Assembly (NCBI GenBank): GCA_963777955.1
Contig: CAVZSQ010000022.1
Span: forward strand, 512,001-576,000
Direction of reading: 5' to 3'
DNA from: Calditrichia bacterium
GTDB taxonomy: Bacteria; Calditrichota; Calditrichia; JAJRVZ01
DNA: 64,000 bases
The notes beneath the pieces were generated by a model. The model saw only the letters and a program-made list of their open reading frames with translations. It had not been told where the DNA came from and did not search any database. Positions 21,077-31,162 of the stretch are shown here, piece by piece (position 1 is the stretch's first letter; each line of letters begins with the position of its first letter). The position numbers and the translations under genes are program-made.

Positions 21077-21637
21077 TTATTCTTTTCCTCCTGAAACTTG
21101 CTCGACAAGATTTACACAATCCTCATCATCAACTTCCTTTAATTTAACCCGGACCTCTTCACCTACCGAGGTAGGAATATTTTTCCCGACGAAATCGGCT
21201 TTGAGCGGCATTTCACGGTGTCCCCGGTCTACCAGGACGGCCAGATCGATGCGGTTAGGTCGTCCAAAATCCATCAGGGCATCAAGGGCGGCCCGGATGG
21301 TCCGGCCGGTATACAGGACATCGTCTACCAGCACGATATTTTTTTCATCGATCTGAAAGGAAATATTGGTCACCTGTACTTTTGGCTGCTTCAGACGGGT
21401 ACGAAAATCATCGCGGTATAGTGTGGAGTCGAGATAGCCGGTCGGAATTTTATGATTCTCAATTTCTTCGATCTTTTTGGAGATGCGTGTGGCCAGATAA
21501 GCTCCCCGGGTATAGATCCCGATTATAACTAAATCTTTGACTCCCCGGTTTTTCTCGAGTATTTCATGGGCCAGCCGGATGATGATGCGCCGCATATCAT
21601 CGCTGGTGATGAGTTTTGCTTTGATCCGGAAATCCAT
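21077..21637 (-). CDS. pyrR: Pyrimidine operon attenuation protein / uracil phosphoribosyltransferase
   Basis: Motifs RLAHEILEKN, TLYRDD, LVDDVLYTGRTIRAALDAL and DRGHRE. Confidence 0.96.
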   Translation of the reverse strand: MDFRIKAKLITSDDMRRIIIRLAHEILEKNRGVKDLVIIGIYTRGAYLATRISKKIEEIENHKIPTGYLDSTLYRDDFRTRLKQPKVQVTNISFQIDEKNIVLVDDVLYTGRTIRAALDALMDFGRPNRIDLAVLVDRGHREMPLKADFVGKNIPTSVGEEVRVKLKEVDDEDCVNLVEQVSGGKE

Positions 21638-21692
21638 CTCATCTTCCTTTCATAGTTCGTACAGGGTAGTACAAGTCCCCTGATGGCAGGAC

Positions 21693-21802
21693 AAAAAAAA
21701 AGCCAACAAACAATGGTTGTTGGCCTTATTATTTCTATATGTTGCTTTGCTGATCATCTGGTAGTGATCCTTTTCAACCTCGCCGGGTAGATTTTAAAGG
21801 TA
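21693..21802 (-). promoter_or_regulatory. PyrR-binding attenuator leader (binding loop plus intrinsic terminator)
   Basis: Minus strand CCTTTAAAATCTACCCGGCGAGGTTGAAAAGG (21769-21800) resembles the PyrR loop (CCUUUAA..ARUCCNGNGAGGYU..AAGG). It is followed by GCCAACAA-N7-TTGTTGGC-T9 (21693-21724) upstream of pyrR. Confidence 0.8.
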
Positions 21803-21814
21803 AACTTATTAAAC

Positions 21815-21843
21815 AATTTATCCATTTTCCAATTCCTGAACAA
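21815..21843 (-). promoter_or_regulatory. Putative sigma70 promoter of pyrR (TTGTTC-17-TAAATT)
   Basis: 17-bp spacer, immediately upstream of the PyrR loop. Confidence 0.5.
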
Positions 21844-21870
21844 ATTATTTATAAAAAAATCATAAGGAAT

Positions 21871-22543
21871 TCATTTTAAATCCTGATGATGATGTTTGAC
21901 CACCCTGGCCTCGACCATATAAATTACATCCTCGGCGATATTGGTGGTATGATCGCAGATGCGTTCCAGATGGCGGGCGATTAACAGCAGGGGCACCGCC
22001 CGGTCGGCGGTGGCTGGAGTCGCGCAGCATATAATCATTGATCAGTTCATCCTGGATTTTGTTGCGCAGATTGTCCGCCTCGGAATCGGAGGAGGCGACC
22101 TTGCGGGCCAGTTCCACATCTTTGTTGATAAAGGAACTGATGGCATCGCGGACCATATTCTGCGCGATGGCGACAGCACAGGTATATCGATCAGCGGTTT
22201 CAACAGGGGTTTATCGGCAAGTTCCAGAACCCGCTGGGCAATATCCACGGCCAGATCGGCAATCCGTTCCAGGTCGGCATTTATCCGCATGTCCGGTGGT
22301 GATAAAGCGCAGATCCCCGGCGATGGGCTGATAGCGGGCAATCAGTTCGAAACATTTTTCGTCGATCAGCAGTTCCAGGTGCATCGATCTCATTGTCATT
22401 CTGTTAATTACTTCGAGGGCCCTGGCCAGATCGCGGTTTTTTAGTGCTTCGATGGATTGATATATAGCTTCCTGGGCCAGGACACCCATTCTTAGTATTT
22501 CTTTGTGCAGTTCGGCTAATTCTTCATCGAAATGACGTTCCAT
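21871..22543 (-). CDS. phoU: Phosphate signalling protein PhoU (at least 3 frameshifts; sequencing error or pseudogene)
   Basis: Fragments in different frames: MERHFDEEL..LIARYQPIAGDLR / INADLERIADLAVDIA / MVRDAISSF / IARHLERICDHTTNIAEDVIYMV. Confidence 0.88.
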
Positions 22544-22571
22544 TATTTCTCCGCTTTATAATTGTTGTTTT

Positions 22572-23330
22572 TCATCCAAACCGTCCGGTGATATAGTCTT
22601 CGGTCTTTTTTGATGTCGGCTTGGTAAACATGGTCGAAGTTTCGCCAAATTCAATCAGTTCTCCCAGATAGAAAAATGCCGTGTAATCGGAAACCCTGGC
22701 CGCCTGCTGCATGTTATGGGTGACGATAACTATTGTATAATTTTTCTTCAGGGCATAGATCAGTTCTTCAATTTTTTGCGTGGCGATAGGATCAAGGGCG
22801 GAAGCCGGCTCGTCCATCAGAATGATCTCAGGCTGCACGGCCAGGGCCCGCGCAATACACAGCCTTTGCTGTTGTCCTCCCGAGAGATCCATCGCTGAAT
22901 CCTGCAGGCGGTCCTTTACTTCTTCCCACAGCGCTGCATCTTTAATGCTTTGTTCCACCCGGCCGGCAATTTTAGTGCGGTCCCTCTCGCCGTTGATGCG
23001 CAGGCCGTAGGCCACATTGTCAAAAATCGATTTGGGAAAAGGATTCGATTTCTGGAAGACCATGCCGACACGGCGGCGCAGGTCGACGACATCAACGCTG
23101 CGGTCGTAGATATTTTTATCTTCGAATATTATTTTTCCCTCGACCCGGGTATCGCGGATGATATCATTCATGCGGTTCAGCGAGCGTAAAAAGGTCGATT
23201 TACCGCAGCCGGAGGGGCCGATCAGCGCGGTAACTTTATTCCTCTCGATGGGGATACTGATATCGCTGAGCGCACGGGTATTGCCGTAATAAAAAGTGAA
23301 ATTCTGGGTATGCATTATTAGTTCTGACAT
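22572..23330 (-). CDS. pstB: Phosphate ABC transporter ATPase
   Basis: Motifs [29 protein letters not shown] and YITGRFG. Confidence 0.97.
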   Translation of the reverse strand: MSELIMHTQNFTFYYGNTRALSDISIPIERNKVTALIGPSGCGKSTFLRSLNRMNDIIRDTRVEGKIIFEDKNIYDRSVDVVDLRRRVGMVFQKSNPFPKSIFDNVAYGLRINGERDRTKIAGRVEQSIKDAALWEEVKDRLQDSAMDLSGGQQQRLCIARALAVQPEIILMDEPASALDPIATQKIEELIYALKKNYTIVIVTHNMQQAARVSDYTAFFYLGELIEFGETSTMFTKPTSKKTEDYITGRFG

Positions 23331-23359
23331 GAACTTGTCCTTGTGCCTGTGCTAACCAC

Positions 23360-24232
23360 TCAAACCCGTTTGAATTTTTTACGGAAACGGTAACGGATCC
23401 AGGTTGCCATGAAATTCATCAGCAGTACCAGTGCCAGCAAAATCAAGGCCGTGCCGTAGGCCAGCGGACGCACCTTGGCTATTTCATGATGCTGGGTGGA
23501 CATGATAAAAAGATGGTAGGGCAGGGCCATGAATTGTTTGGCCAGCAGATCGGGAAACTCGGACAGGATCGGCCAGTAAAAAGCGACACCGGTAAAAAGT
23601 ATGGGGGCCGTTTCTCCGGCGGCCCGGGCCAGACCCAGAATACTGCCGGTCATAATACCGGGCGTAGCATACGGTAAAACATTGGTACGGATGGTCTGCC
23701 ATTTGGTGGCGCCCAGGGCCAGCGCCCCTTCCCGGTATGACGTGGGTACGGTTTTAAGCGCCTCTTCGCTGGCGGTTATGGTCCAGGGCAGTGTTAACAG
23801 TCCGAGGGTCAGGCCGGAGGAGATGATCGAGAGACCGAATTTGAATAAGACCACGAACAGGGTGAAACCAAACAGCCCGTAGACAATTGAAGGTACACCC
23901 GACAGATTGCGGATAGCCAGACGAATCGCCCGCACCAGCCAGCCCTGCCTGGCATATTCATTAAGGTAAATAGCGGCAAAGATACCGGTGGGCAGGGAAA
24001 ACAGTACCGTAATCACGCTAACCCAGAACGTACCCACGATGCAAGGCCATATACCGCCGGCGGTCATTCCACTTTTTGGTTTTTGCGTGATGAACTCCCA
24101 GTTGATTACACTTCCGCCCTTGGACACAATATCGATTACAATAAAAGCAACCAGCATTAGAACCAGCGCGGCGGCCACGCGCAGCAGACCGAATCCCAAT
24201 TTTTCACTCAGCTCCCGTTTCCACTTTTTCAT
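23360..24232 (-). CDS. pstA: Phosphate ABC transporter permease
   Basis: Motifs AIYLNEY, GVPSIVYGLFG, EGALALGATKW and ARAAGETAP. Confidence 0.95.
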   Translation of the reverse strand: MKKWKRELSEKLGFGLLRVAAALVLMLVAFIVIDIVSKGGSVINWEFITQKPKSGMTAGGIWPCIVGTFWVSVITVLFSLPTGIFAAIYLNEYARQGWLVRAIRLAIRNLSGVPSIVYGLFGFTLFVVLFKFGLSIISSGLTLGLLTLPWTITASEEALKTVPTSYREGALALGATKWQTIRTNVLPYATPGIMTGSILGLARAAGETAPILFTGVAFYWPILSEFPDLLAKQFMALPYHLFIMSTQHHEIAKVRPLAYGTALILLALVLLMNFMATWIRYRFRKKFKRV

Positions 24233-25134
24233 CGCAAATTCCTCTGGTATCTCTGCAGTACTAAATCCGATATCAGATTAAAGGCAAAAGTCATGATAAA
24301 CAGCACGAAAGCGATTACGAACAGAGAGTAATAATGGGTGCTTCTCTGCACGGTTTCGCCCAGTTCAATGGCGATGGTGGCGGTCATAGTACGGACCGGA
24401 CTGAAAAAACTGTCCGGCATGGCCGGGGCATTACCGCAGGCCATCAATACGGTCATCGTCTCGCCGATGGCTCGGCCCATGCCCAGCATGACGGCGGCGA
24501 TCACTCCGGAGGCTGCACCGGGCAGTGTAACCCTGATCAGGGTCTGCCATTTGGTAGCACCCAGCGCCAGCGATGCATTTTTCATTTCCTGGGGTACCGC
24601 CACTATTGCGTCTTCGGCAATACTGATAATAGTGGGCAGAGCCATAACAGCCAGCAGGATGGATCCGTTCAAAGCGTTGAGACCGTTCGATATATTGAAG
24701 ACCCCGGCAAGAAAAGGTCCGGTTATCACAATACCCAGAAAACCTATGACCACCGAAGGTATACCGGCTAAAATTTCAATGATAGGTTTTACAATCTCGC
24801 GGGTGCGGTGATGGGCCACGTCGGCCAGGTAAGCTGCCACGGCAATACCGAGGGGAACTGACAGCACCAGGGCGCCCAGGGAGACCATCAGGGTACTGGC
24901 CACCAGGGCCAAAATGCCGTAGGATTCGCGCTCAGGAGAAGTCGGGTCCCATACAGAATTGAACAAAATTCCATGCAGACCGATGTGTTCCACTGCTTTA
25001 TATCCCAGAATAAACAGAAGTGAAAATATGCCAATTAAGATAATAATAGCCAGCAGGCCGTTGGAGAGAAAGAAAATCTCGATTATTCTCTCTTTCACCT
25101 TTCGCCAGGCTGTAGATTTTCTGAGGATTGACAT
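24229..25134 (-). CDS. pstC: Phosphate ABC transporter permease
   Basis: Motifs ILAGIPSVVIG, ASLALGATKW and GRAIGETM. Start taken at MSILRK. Confidence 0.94.
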   Translation of the reverse strand: MSILRKSTAWRKVKERIIEIFFLSNGLLAIIILIGIFSLLFILGYKAVEHIGLHGILFNSVWDPTSPERESYGILALVASTLMVSLGALVLSVPLGIAVAAYLADVAHHRTREIVKPIIEILAGIPSVVIGFLGIVITGPFLAGVFNISNGLNALNGSILLAVMALPTIISIAEDAIVAVPQEMKNASLALGATKWQTLIRVTLPGAASGVIAAVMLGMGRAIGETMTVLMACGNAPAMPDSFFSPVRTMTATIAIELGETVQRSTHYYSLFVIAFVLFIMTFAFNLISDLVLQRYQRNLR

Positions 25135-25160
25135 TATTAGCGCTATCCGGATTTTAAATA

Positions 25161-25191
25161 AGAATCCTCTCAACACGGCGGAGAGGATTCT
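25161..25191. repeat. Perfect 11-bp inverted repeat between pstS and pstC (likely mRNA stabiliser or partial terminator)
   Basis: AGAATCCTCTC-aacacggcg-GAGAGGATTCT. Confidence 0.65.
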
Positions 25192-25270
25192 ATGAACCTT
25201 GTGAATTTAAAAAACAGAACTTCTTACAACAAAGATTTTTTACATCAATTTAGTCATTCCTGTCCGGAAC

Positions 25271-26162
25271 TTAAAATCCTGCTTTCTTGTTATTTTCCAC
25301 ATACACACCGGCCACAGGATAGAAGCCCATCTTTTCTACCACTTTTTGTCCATCAGAACTCAGAATGAATGCGACAAAATCACGTACGGCACCTTTAGGT
25401 TTACCATTAATGTACTGAAATAAGGCGCGGGCAATCGGGTATTTGCCGGCTTTGATGTTTTCGGGGATCAGCGGAGAAACAGACTGTCGATTTATCATCA
25501 CTGGCCACATCGAGTACCTGCATGCCTTCATAGACCTTACCTGCTTCATCGTGCACATAGCCGACACCGATATATCCAATTCCGGCCTGATCACTTTTTA
25601 CACCTTCCACGATCTGGGCGCTGCCGTTCATCTGCTTCATCTTTTGAGAATAATCCTTATTGCCCAGCACATGTTCCTGGAAGAAAACATAAGTACCCGA
25701 ATTGGGCTGGCGGCCATAAAGGGAGATCGGCAGATCTGGTCCGCCCACTTCTTTCCAGTTGGAAATCTCACCGCGGTAAATCGCACCGATCTGTCTTATG
25801 GTCAGGGATTTTACCGGGTTGCCGGCATTGACGATTACGGACAGGGCGTCGATGCCGATGGCGATCTCAACGGGTATTACCCCGTTCTCCTTGGCCGCAG
25901 CATATTCCTTTTCTTTCATCGGACGCGAGGCATCGGCAATCTGGATCTGGCCGTTGATCAGAGCCGCTATGCCAACTCCCGATCCGCCGCCGGTCACAAC
26001 AATCGGGATTTTAGGATTTTTTTCCATATAAGTTTCGGCCAGCATCTGCACCAGGTTGACCGAGGTATCGGATCCTTTAATCTGGATCATATCCTGTGCC
26101 GAGAGTATCGGCAGAGTGAACAGGATGGTTAATATTGCGATAATTCCTGATTTAAGTCTCAT
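25271..26162 (-). CDS. pstS: Phosphate ABC transporter substrate-binding protein (frameshift near 25485)
   Basis: Signal peptide; IKGSDT, GGGSGVGIAAL, RQPNSGT and IGYIG; the C-terminal YPIARALF lies in a second frame. Confidence 0.92.
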
Positions 26163-26202
26163 TTTATTTCCTCATTTGGTTTATGGTTTTTGTTATTTAT
26201 CA

Positions 26203-27385
26203 TTATTGAATTACGATTTTACCGGAATCGAACTTAAGATGCAGGGTCAACCGGGCGGTAATATCGTCATTTAATCCTGATTTGGCATATTGCTTGATCA
26301 TAATATTCGGCATCAGGTGCACATTGCCCGCGGGTATGTAATCGAGACCGGCGATTATCAGGGTATTCTCGTCGTCCAGCCCGCTGCTGAATTTTCCGGT
26401 TTTATCATCGAACTTGGTATACACCTCGTCTCCGCTATTCTGGTCGTAATAATCATAACGGGCGAATACTTTCAGTTTGGGCAATGGGGTGATCCAGGAG
26501 GCAAACAGCGAATAACCCATTTTCTTGACATCGGCAACCGTGGAGGAGGTCACTTTATATTTTGAGCTGGCGCTGTCATAAGCGGCCGTTGCATTCTCCA
26601 GACCCGCAGCGGTATTGGTGCGCATGAACACTTCGGCTCCGACGGTCAGACGCACGTCGCTGTAACCAACAAAACCTTTAACTGTGTTGTAACCGGTCGA
26701 CCCTGTATAGTCCTTGCCGGCACTCATAACCGTGGCCGTCTGGGCATCCTTGGGATTCTGCTTTTCATAATCGACATATCCTTCCAGGATCAGGCCCGCC
26801 AGTGGAGTAACCCACAGGGCGTAACCGATCTTTTTATAACGGTCGCCTTCCGCTGCGCTGTAACCTGTTCCGTTCATCAGAGTAATCCAGTGATGCAGGT
26901 ATTTGGAGTCGATATCGCCTTTGAGCGCCAGGCCCATATCGGCCGATGAAGAGATCTTATTCAAATCCATGATGGTTTTCTCGACGGAACGGTAGCCCCA
27001 GTACTCTTCAGAGTTTTTGAATGCGTTGGTTTCGGCGATTCCCAGGTATAGTACATGTTTTGGAATAAGATTACTCCATTCCATGTAGGCATGCTTGACG
27101 AAAGGATTGATTTTCGCAGTGCTGCCATAGCTGTTGGACTCCGACTCCAGCCGGAAGCGAACTTTAATATTTTCGGTGATGGTGTTATCGAAGGTAAAAT
27201 AGATCCGGCGGAAGGTAAAAGCATTACGGTCCTTCTCGGCCGGAACACTATTATCGACGTTATAATAATAGTCGCTGAAAAATTGTCCGCTGATGGTGGA
27301 TGTAATCTGGGCCAGGGCCGGATTACTCACAGCGAGTACGATAGCTGATGCATAACAGCAGAATAAAAACTGGCATACTTCTCAT
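26203..27385 (-). CDS. Outer-membrane beta-barrel, probable phosphate-selective porin (frameshift in the signal peptide near 27350)
   Basis: AAGGAG-N7-ATG at 27385; FRRIYF, KHAYME and FARYD amphipathic strands; first gene after the Pho box and upstream of pstS. Confidence 0.7.
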
Positions 27386-27499
27386 TTGGTTTCTCCTTAT
27401 GTTTGATAATTTAGCCATATTAATTTCTCGTCTACTTGAATCGTTAATACCCGAATTCGGATTTCGATTGTACGGTCAATCTTCTCGTTTTCAGGGGAT

Positions 27500-27553
27500 A
27501 GTATAAAAAGGCAATGTTAAGGAAGAAGGGAGGCCATGTTAAATTTATGTGAA
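27500..27553 (-). promoter_or_regulatory. Pho-box promoter
   Basis: Minus-strand repeats TTCACA (27553-48), TTAACA (27542-37) and TTAACA (27520-15) in 11-bp phase, followed 9 nt later by -10 TATACT (27505-27500). Confidence 0.72.
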
Positions 27554-27580
27554 GTCGAAAATGCTGTGGAATGCCTGTTT

Positions 27581-29352
27581 TTATGCTTTGGGCAGAGTGA
27601 AACTGAAAATCGATCCCCGGCCGTAATCCGAGCGGACCCACACTTCGCCGCCGTGGGCCGAGATGATGTTCCTGACGATCGACAGGCCCAGGCCGGTGCC
27701 CCCCAGTTCGCGGGAGCGGGCCTTATCGACCCGGTAAAACCTTTCAAAAATTCTGGTCAGATCTTCTGCCGGAATACCGATACCAGTATCGCTGATGTCC
27801 ACCTGTATATATTTCTCGGTGGCGCGGGCATTTATTTTTATGGACCCTCCGGCCGGTGTATACTTTAAGGCGTTGTCCAGCAGGTTCAGCAGTACCTGGG
27901 ATAGTCTTTTCTCGTCCGCCAGGACGCGGGACAACGAGTCGCTAATTTCATTGCTAACGGCCAGTGATTTATCCCGGGCCGATTGGTCCAGGATTCCGAT
28001 AACGCGCTGTACTATCGGTTTTAATTCCAGCGGTAAAAATACCATGTCCATTTTGCCGGATTCAATTTTAGAGAGATCAAGCAGGTCATCGATCAGATTG
28101 GCCAAACGGTTGCCGTCGGCATGGATTGTTTCGATGAATTCGCGGGCATGGGTTTTATCATCGAGGGCACCGTCCAGCAGGGTTTCGGTATAACCTGTAA
28201 TACTGGCCACCGGTGTGCGCAACTCGTGGGAAACATTTGCCACGAAATCCTGTCTGATTCTTTCCAGCCGCCGTATTTCGGTCAGATCGTGAAATACCAG
28301 CACGCATCCCTCGACCTGATTATGGCTGGTCAGGGATACACCGTTGATCTCGATAAATTTTTCCTCGGGCTGGCTGATGGTGATTTTTTCGTTGATAAAT
28401 TTTGCGTTTTGCAGCAGCAACTGATCGACTATTTTTTGAACGGCCGAATTACGCAGAGTATCCAGTATTTTCTTACCGGTTGGATCTGCATCGATCATGA
28501 ACATTTTACGCAGGGCCGGATTCATCAGGACAATTTCTTCCCGGGCATTGGTTACCATGATCCCTTCAAACATGCTGGACAGGATAGTATCCAAACGGGT
28601 CACTTCCTGTTTTATCGTTTCGATATTTTTCCGAGTTCGGCGGACATAAAGGAGAGGGCCGAGGCCAGGTTGCCGATCTCGTCTTTACTATAGATGGCCG
28701 GTTTGCGCGAAAAATCCCCTCTGGCCATAGCCATGGCGATATCGGCCATCTCGCGCAGTGGTTTTGAGGCGATCAAGGTTATCAGGCTGGCGAAGCCCAC
28801 ACTTAATAAAAAGACCAGCAGCATGGTAAAAATTATTTTTTGCCGCGGTTCGGATTGAAATAATTCCACCTCCGATTGAGGCAACGACAAGCGGATAATA
28901 CCGGAGAAGTTCTCATGGCCGAACGGAAGCGCCATGTAAAAAAGTTGTTTCTTCAGGGTATAACTGTAGCGGGTATTGAAGCCGAATCCGTGTTGGAGAG
29001 CCTGCTGAACCTCCGGCCGGTCCAGATGATTCTCGGCCTGCGGCAATTGGTCCGGTTCGAGCTCCGAATCTCCCAGCAGTTGACCGGCGGACCCGATAAT
29101 GGTGACGCGAAGCCGAGGGTGCGGCCGATTGAATCGGCCAGAGCATCAGCAGCGCCGAGGCCGTCGTGTATTTTTAAGATGAAGATTCAGAAAATCCCTG
29201 GCCAGGTACAATTCAGTTTTAACTGCACCTGCAGATCGTCTTTCCATAATGTTATCCAGGCGGCTGCTCAGGTAGGAGTAACCGATCAGCAGTCCCATTA
29301 TGATGGCCAGGCCAAAAATCAGGGTCAGTTTAAGATGAATGCTGATTTTCAT
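27581..29352 (-). CDS. phoR: PhoR-type sensor histidine kinase (TM, HAMP, PAS, HisKA, HATPase; at least 2 frameshifts)
   Basis: Motifs DRPEVQQAL, DEIGNLA (HAMP), FVANVSHELRTP, NLLDNALKY, DTGIGIP, FERFYRVDKARSR and GTGLGL, spread over ORFs 29146-29352, 28612-29046 and 27581-28603. Confidence 0.9.
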
Positions 29353-30044
29353 CCTGTTCCTCCCGGAAGCGGTAACCCATACCGGTAACGGTTTCGATCA
29401 TATCTCCGGCCTCGCCCAGTTTGGTGCGCAGGTGTTTGATATGGGTGTCGACGGTGCGGGTAAAAACATCGGCGGCCAGGTCCCATACATCATTGAGCAA
29501 GATTTCCCTGGATTGAACGATGCCCTGCCGCTCCATCAGCGTAACCAGTAGTTTGAACTCCAGTGGGGTGAGCATGACTTCTTTCTCCCGGAAACATTAC
29601 CTGGTGCCGTGGAATATCCACTGCCAGGTTACCGCTGCGCAGAATATCTTCCGGTTGTTCTTTTAACCTGCAGGCGTCTGAGAATAGCTTTAATCCGTAA
29701 AATTATTTCCCTGCGGGCTGAACGGTTTGACGATGTAGTCATCAGCACCCAGCTCCAGACCGACAATGCGGTCCACTTCCTCCCCTTTGGCCGTCAGCAT
29801 GATAATGGGAATATTTCCGGGTGGCCTTGTCCTGCCGGATTTGCCGGCAGACCTCGAGACCATCCATCCGGGGCAGCATGATATCCAGAATGATCAAATG
29901 TGGTTGCTGCCGGGATAAAATTTCCAGCGCAGCCTCACCGCTGTAGGCATTAATTGCCTCAAATCCTGCTTTTTCCAGATTGTATTTTAACAACTTGGAA
30001 ATACTTTTATCATCTTCAATAATCAGTATTTTTTGCTTAGCCAT
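29330..30044 (-). CDS. phoB: PhoB/PhoP OmpR-family response regulator (at least 2 frameshifts)
   Basis: ILIIEDD and LDIMLP; an alternative frame gives [25 protein letters not shown]-terminal [29 protein letters not shown]. Confidence 0.9.
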
Positions 30045-30098
30045 TTTCTAAATAATTAAACAATATAGGGTGTAGATTGTATGAAGTGGTAGTCCGAG

Positions 30099-30172
30099 TG
30101 GGGCAGAAGGGAGTTGAACCCCTGACCTCTACGATGTGAGCGTAGCGCTCTAACCAACTGAGCTACTGCCCC
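30099..30172 (-). tRNA. tRNA-Val(CAC), CCA not encoded
   Basis: GGGGCAGTAGCTCAGTTGGTTAGAGCG-CTACG CT CAC AT CGTAG-AGGTCAGGGGTTCAACTCCCTTCTGCCCCA folds as a cloverleaf. Confidence 0.95.
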
Positions 30173-30182
30173 GCTTTTTCGT

Positions 30183-31049
30183 TTATGGCAGTTCCTGTAT
30201 ATGTTTCTGGGCCTGCCGCAGGTATTCACTGTTAGGATATTGATCAACCAGGCGTTGAAATTCTTCCCGGGCTTTGCTTTTGTCACCCAGACGCAAATGA
30301 CACAAGCCGAGTTTAAATTGTGCGGCGTCCAGTTTATTTGATTTAGGAAAAGTAAATACTTTTTCGAAATCTATGATTGCTTTTTTGTACTGTCCCAGAG
30401 CGTAATGACACTCTCCGATCCAGAACTGCGAATTATCAGCCAGGCTGTGGTTATTCTGAGCGGCTAATAAACTCTCGAAGGATTCGATGGCATCCTGGTA
30501 ATTGTGCGAATGGAATAAGGACAAAGCCTCGTCATACCTGCCCTCATATTCTCCGTATCCGACATCACCGGAGCTGGGGGTATAAGACGATGATATCGTA
30601 GGAGCAGCCTGCTTTTGCGCTTCCAGTTGATAAATCTGCTCGCTCTGTTTTTTCAACTGTGCTTTCAGATCGTTGATCATGAGATCCTTTTTTTCTACCT
30701 GTGCTTTCAGATCAGTGACCTGTTTTTCCAGTTCGGTATTCTGAGGTTTGGCAGGCGGCTGTTCCTGTTGCATGGCGACATCTTTAGCATCCAGCAAACC
30801 CAATGTCTCATCTTTTTTTCCGCTTGGTTTCTTCTGGGTTTGTTTATCCTTAGAATCATTGCTGCCGCTCTTCTGATCACCGGTAACTCCCAGCAGGGAT
30901 TCAATCTCGTCTAATTCTTTCTGGCGGGCAGATTCTTCATCTGTTGCCTGCTCTGCATCTGCATCTGGTTTACGGGAAGAGCCGCATGACCACAGTAAAA
31001 ACGCACCAAGAACCACAATCAGAAACAAACGACTAATTTTTTTTAGCAT
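30183..31049 (-). CDS. CpoB/YbgF-like lipoprotein (coiled coil plus TPR)
   Basis: Lipobox LWSC, a coiled coil, and TPR motifs LADNSQFWIGEC..AAQFKLG..YPNS. Confidence 0.8.
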   Translation of the reverse strand: MLKKISRLFLIVVLGAFLLWSCGSSRKPDADAEQATDEESARQKELDEIESLLGVTGDQKSGSNDSKDKQTQKKPSGKKDETLGLLDAKDVAMQQEQPPAKPQNTELEKQVTDLKAQVEKKDLMINDLKAQLKKQSEQIYQLEAQKQAAPTISSSYTPSSGDVGYGEYEGRYDEALSLFHSHNYQDAIESFESLLAAQNNHSLADNSQFWIGECHYALGQYKKAIIDFEKVFTFPKSNKLDAAQFKLGLCHLRLGDKSKAREEFQRLVDQYPNSEYLRQAQKHIQELP

Positions 31050-31162
31050 AATACCTCCAGGATATGGAGAAGTCGAGTTTAAATTTATACATGCAGCAAC
31101 TGTAATTCAAGTAATTTCTTAAATTTACCTGCTGCTGAAAATGACTTATTTCCTCCTGGAAT

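Noticed and set aside
23484..26274. Long antisense ORFs over the pst genes (e.g. 25443-26132) and similar ones such as 44749-45438
   Set aside because: They are shadow frames of well-supported genes, with no motifs or RBS.
21844..30172. Integrative element or prophage at tRNA-Val
   Set aside because: No integrase, phage or conjugation genes and no duplicated tRNA 3' end were found; it is kept only as a weaker islet hypothesis.
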